From Bilabrum cf. latius (taxonomy: Eukaryota), in contig OZ237739.1 in the NCBI GenBank assembly GCA_965178125.1, forward strand, positions 248,001 to 312,000: a stretch of DNA of 64,000 nt, given 5' to 3'. Shown one piece after another: positions 59,401-64,000 of this stretch. Each line of letters starts with the position of its first letter. Within the stretch, counting starts at the first letter, position 1. The notes beneath the pieces were generated by a model, which saw only the letters and a list, made by a program, of their open reading frames with translations, was not told the origin of the DNA and searched no databases. The position numbers and the translations under genes were made by a program.

Positions 59401-61659
59401 TTGGATCGCGGTGGAGACCTCGCGCGAGCCAGCTTGCTCTTTGTCATGGGCGGAGGCTCGTCATCGCTGTGCTCGGGCGGGGAAGCGGCAGCGGCGTCAG
59501 GGACCGCGTTGGGTCGTCCAGCAGCACGAGCGGCTGCGACACCCCCTGCATCGGCCTCAGAGCCGCTGGATCCGCCCAGCTCATGCTCCAGCTCGCGCGC
59601 TTCTATCTTGCCCTTGTTGATGCGCGCCCATCGCATACTTGCGGGGGCATCTGCGCCGGGCAGGGGCCGGACATCAGGCGGGTGGTGGTGCACCCTGTCC
59701 CCCGCCGACTCTAGGAAATCGGCGGCCAGGCCAAAGTCGGCTATCTTGAGGTGTCCCCTGGGTCCAATCAGGAGGTTCTCCGGTTTCAGGTCACGGTGCA
59801 CGATGCCCATCCGGTGAAGGTGCCTGAGCCCCAGCACGATCTGCGCCACGAAGCTCGCTGCCTTGGGCTCCTCCATGGCCCCCACCCCATCCAGCAAAGA
59901 GAACAGGTCGCCTCCGGGCACGAACTCCATGACCATCACGATGGTATTGGAGGACCGGAAGAAGCGGTGCTGCCTCACCACGAAAGGGTTGCCATCGGCA
60001 GCGGCCATGGTGAGCAGCCGCTGCTCGGTTAGCACTCGTTGCAGCATCTTTTGCTTCTGCACCTCCCTGATAGCCATCACTTTCAATGCCATCACCTGCC
60101 CGTCCGATCTGCTCCTGGCCAGGACCAGCTTGCCCAGTCCGCCCCTGGAGAATGGCTTCAGCACCTGCACTCCCTGCAGCAGACGGCCCATGCGCCGCCC
60201 CGTCCGTCGCCTCCTCGGCCTCTTGGCAGTAGCCTAGTCAGCGCCTGCTGCAGTGCCCTTGGCCTTGCCCTTGCCCCCCGCTTTCCTCTCGTCCCTCTTC
60301 TCTCTCTTTTCACGCCTCTTCTCGCGACTCAGCTTGCTCTTGCCCTTACCTTTGCCCTTGCCCTTGTTCTGGTCGGTTGTCTTGGATTTGGAGCGGCCGT
60401 TCCGGCGGCTGTCCGACGTGCCGCCCTCTTCTGAATCCCGGGCAAAATGCCGGAGCTCCTGCCTACACAGCCGGACCAGCCGATCAGCCAGCCGCAGCAG
60501 GACGGCAAGGACTTCGCACGGCTCGCTCGCTCCTCCTCCTCCACCTCCTCTTCCTGCTTGCCGTCCTGCGCCAGAGGTCGCAGCTCCCCCGCCCGGGGGC
60601 ACCTCTCCCTGGTTCCCGCCCATCTTGCTCCCCGTGCTGCTGGTACCCACTATTTCATCGTGCCTGGAGTCTGTTGTTTTGGGGCGGCTGCCTGTGCCGC
60701 TGCCGCTGCTCGCTTCGTCCTACTCCAGGTTCTTGAGCGCATCTGCGGCCAGAAGCAGGTGCTTCCGCTGGGCGAGCAGCCAATTTCGGATGCGTCTTGC
60801 ATTTTGAAGCAATCCACGGACTCTCCATTCCAGCTGTAGCGCTGACGGGGCCGTGTCGGCTAAGGGAACGGTTTGCAGCCCTGCGAGGCTCATCAGGCTC
60901 GAGCCGGCGGAATCGACACCGAGGGCCCCAGCCTCCATGCGCTGGAAACCGCGCGATTTTACCTAAGTTCCAGGCACAAGGGACATTGTTTCGGCCTGTC
61001 CTGCGGCCGCGAAGCTGCTGGACGCCTCTGTGTAGTTTCGGCGTTTCGTCGGCAGCACGCGAATGAGCGCACCATTCCGGCCCAGGATTCCTTCCAGCCA
61101 AGGCGACTTGACCTGAATTTGGAGCTAGCAGCATTGAGCTAACACAAGACTGCGATATAATTGGGAAATTGAGTCGGGGGTCGCGGGTAACGCGGAGAGG
61201 GTCCGTGGAGCGCACGTGTGCTGCATAGTCTCACCCCATGCACCCTGCCGCTATTCGCCGACCAGTTGCTGCTGCCGTAAAATAATCAAAACCTAGGACA
61301 GCCTCTGAAAGGGCAGATGGTCCGACCCCTTTGTCGGCTAGACGACCAAGCTGAGAGAGCAGCCGGAGCGGCCCGTCGAGGCGACCCTTTCCTTCTGCGG
61401 ATATTCTCTGTAGTACCGTTGATTCTGGGCCTCCGACACAAAGAATACTGCTAACTCCTGGTGTCAAGCGCGCAAATCGAAACAGATACATCAGCGGCGT
61501 CTGAATGGGAGGCATGGTCCTCAAATCCACGACCGGTCGGCCGACGACTGCTCCGTCCTGAGGCTGCGAATTTCCCCTTGAAGCTGAACCATTGGGCCGG
61601 CAATGATCTTCGTACTTTGATTCGCCAGGTTGCTGCACGGTGCTGGCGCCGCAACCCAT
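56493..61659 (-). CDS. Greatwall/MASTL/Rim15-type AGC kinase with a long insert between subdomains VII and VIII; myristoylation-like MGCGAS start; probable intron near 61155-61240
   Basis: [34 protein letters not shown] and DFGL, then about 700 codons of insert before [20 protein letters not shown] and PFVP...YFD. Confidence 0.8.
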
Positions 61660-61823
61660 ACTGTTCGGGGCTGCAACTCAACAGACAGATGGGCCAGTCC
61701 ATCGGTGCTGGAGCCCCAGCCACGGATAGCGAACCTTGGAAAGAAGTTCGTTCTGGTTCGTTGGATGGATTCGGATTTGCAAACACCGATGAAGAAATGA
61801 AGGGCACAACCTTGCGCCTTGCA

Positions 61824-62486
61824 ATGAATGATGCTATCGCTGGGTCAACCGACTCAAGCAAGATTGCTCTTCCTCTTCTGACGCTCGCTGGATTTGTTGG
61901 TGGCCTTTGGGCTGGATGGGCGGTGGCAAGGCGAGCGGGGACAAGCAGCAGCAGGCGAATGCCAGAAGGCAATGATGTTGAGTAGAAGTTGTGCCCGATC
62001 GATGATGTTGATAGTGCTGAAGAATCATCTGATGAAGAAGAGGGCGAAGACAGCCAGAAGTCTGGCGAGAAGGGGGCACCGAGGGGCAGACGGGATCGGC
62101 TCAGGAAAGGAGAGCTGAAGATGGTCCTGTTGGTTCGTCAAGACCTGAAAATGTCCCCAGGAAAGGTTGCGGCGCAGTGTAGTCACGCGAGCCTGGGTGC
62201 CTACCGGCATGCGATGCGAAGCCCGAGGACGGCAAGGCACGTGGAGGCATGGATCCGCCGCGGGCAGGCCAAGATTGTCTTGAAGGTGAAGAACAAGAAG
62301 AAGATGGACGCCGTCAAGAAGGAACTGGACGAGGCGGGCCACCCGACGTATGTGGTGGAGGACGCGGGCAGGACCGAGGTGGAGCCTGGGAGCGAGACGG
62401 TGATGGCGGTGGGGCCAGCCTTCGTTGACGAGCTCGACAAGATCACGGGCAGGGACGGGAGCCACAAGCTGTCCCTGTTCCGATGA
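61824..62486 (+). CDS. PTH2: Peptidyl-tRNA hydrolase 2 with an N-terminal membrane anchor (start approximate)
   Basis: KMVLLVRQDLKMSPGKVAAQCSHA, GQAKIVLK, DAGRTEV.PGS.TV.AVGP; the TM segment joins via TAG at 61983. Confidence 0.9.
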
Positions 62487-62658
62487 TAAAACAGTCGCTG
62501 AGATTTTGACTTTTAGCGACGTGTATGGGAAATGCCAGATGCCAGGGCGGCAGATGCCAGGGCGGCAGAAGTAGGTGGGGCCGGGGGCCGCGGGCCGGTC
62601 ACTGGGCCAAGCACTGAGCATGCACACGTTTTAAATCTATGCGTCTTCGTGCAAGTCC

Positions 62659-63878
62659 TTATCCTACGGCCTACTAGGCACACACACCCACAGGCACCGC
62701 CGACACACTCACCCCCACCCCCACCATGCACGCACACGCCAGCACGAGCAGCAGGAGTACCCCGACCCCAAGGAGGCATACCACTGGCACCTCCACAACT
62801 GCCTATTCCTCATTTCCTTTCCTGCCGAAGCACGAGGCTGACCAAAACCAAGACGGGGGCGGGCGAGCAACGAGCACTTGCTCCGGCTGCAACGGCTCCG
62901 TGACCGGCAGACCCACGCTGGACTTGGTGCCAAAGGCCGGCCTGCCCCCACCTGCTTGCAGCCTGAGGGGGCGTTCCCTGCGGCGCTGCAGCTCGTGAAA
63001 TAAATCCCTGCACATGGGCAGCGATAGCTTGGGCCCTGCCGTGCGGAAGAAATCGGACAGGTCCGCGGGCCCCGGGGTCATCGTCGACTCGGATCTGTTC
63101 GTTCCATCCCCCGATGTAGGCTGCCTCCGGGACCGGCTCCGGCTTCGATTGCTTGTTTTCTAGCCACCAGATGGGGATGGCTGCTATGAGTCGGTCGATC
63201 GGCCTCTCTTCAAGTTGGGCCCTCTGCCGCCGCCCCTACTAGTACTCTCCTGCGAGTGCTCGGCCGCTGGCGGCAACCGAACGAGCGCATGGCCTGGCAC
63301 CGGAGCCATGCCGCAGTCTTGCTCGTACTCTAATGCCTACACGCACATTTCAAGCTTGTCTATCTGTTTTACTAGGGTTGCCTCCGGCGTCGCGCCGGCA
63401 TCGTACTGCGAGGGTTGCGGTGTGACGCCCCGGGCCACGATGGCACAATGCAGAGTATACCTCCAAAGATATCCGGTACAATGCTTCGGCTTGTACTCAC
63501 CTCTTCCCATAGCTCGATAAGCTCTGCAGCGAAATCAGATCCTGATGCGCCCTTAACGGACTTTGCAATCCTCTCTACAGCACTCAGCTCAATCTTGTGT
63601 TTGTCGCTGCCCTTGATGTTGTCAGATGGGGTTATGTCGCCACAGATCGCTTCGGCTATATCATGAACTAGAGCCATCTTCACGCACCGCTCAACATGCA
63701 CAGCTGGATCCAACTGGGGAGCAATAAATGCTATCATTACTGCCATGCGCCAAGAATGGTCCGCAACGGATTCAATCCGGGCTGGGACACGCCTATCTAC
63801 CCATCCTTGCCGCAACACAGTCTTTAAACCCCCAAGGAGCTGGATAAAATCAACGGCACATTCGATTTTGGCTTGCAT
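62659..63878 (-). CDS. HDDC2: HD-domain 5'-deoxynucleotidase (HDDC2-like); intron at 63406-63500; 3' end uncertain
   Basis: LK...RQGW, ESVADHSWRM, ALVHDIAEAICGDITP, ELWEE|YDAG.TPEA..VKQIDKLEMCVQALEYE and LSDFF. Confidence 0.85.
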
Positions 63879-64000
63879 CGCACGATTGATATGATTTGGG
63901 GAAATGGTAAACTTGGGTTCCGGTTTGACTCACCCACTGGCGTGCACATCACTGAAGCCTGTGCCTCTTTCGGGCCGGCGGAGCCTCCTCCTCCGCGGCA

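Noticed and set aside
1-64000. Assigning the host to Cafeteria burkhardae
   Set aside because: The architecture is similar (GC-rich host, AT-rich virophage, nested Ngaro), but to my knowledge that species uses the standard code, and there is no marker gene in the window.

Overview
This is a eukaryotic (protist) genomic window in which TAG encodes Gln and only TAA/TGA are stops, so the supplied ORF track fragments almost every gene. The GC-rich host flanks (1-18312 and 52128-64000) carry a very large TMEM131-like gene, a GT10 fucosyltransferase, a TLC-domain protein, an RNA-ligase-family protein, a divergent pair of GBP/atlastin-like GTPases, a Greatwall/Rim15-type kinase, PTH2 and HDDC2. An AT-rich 33.8-kb endogenous virophage (18313-52127, 5-bp TSD TGGGT) is inserted into one GBP-like gene. 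It has ~300-bp TIRs, each capped by a perfect 56-bp palindrome, and is itself recoded (TAG=Gln). It encodes a protease, penton, MCP, packaging ATPase, rve integrase with chromodomain, TVpol-SF3 helicase, a tyrosine-recombinase-like protein, two C5 DNA methyltransferases, a TET/JBP-like dioxygenase fused to an FkbM methyltransferase, a SET protein, RING proteins, a lipase-nucleotidyltransferase fusion, tRNA-Met and a permuted tRNA-like RNA. No protein-primed PolB was recognised. A 6.66-kb Ngaro (tyrosine-recombinase) retrotransposon with split direct repeats is nested in one of the virophage GIY-YIG genes. All calls come from manual translation and motif recognition; no searches were run.
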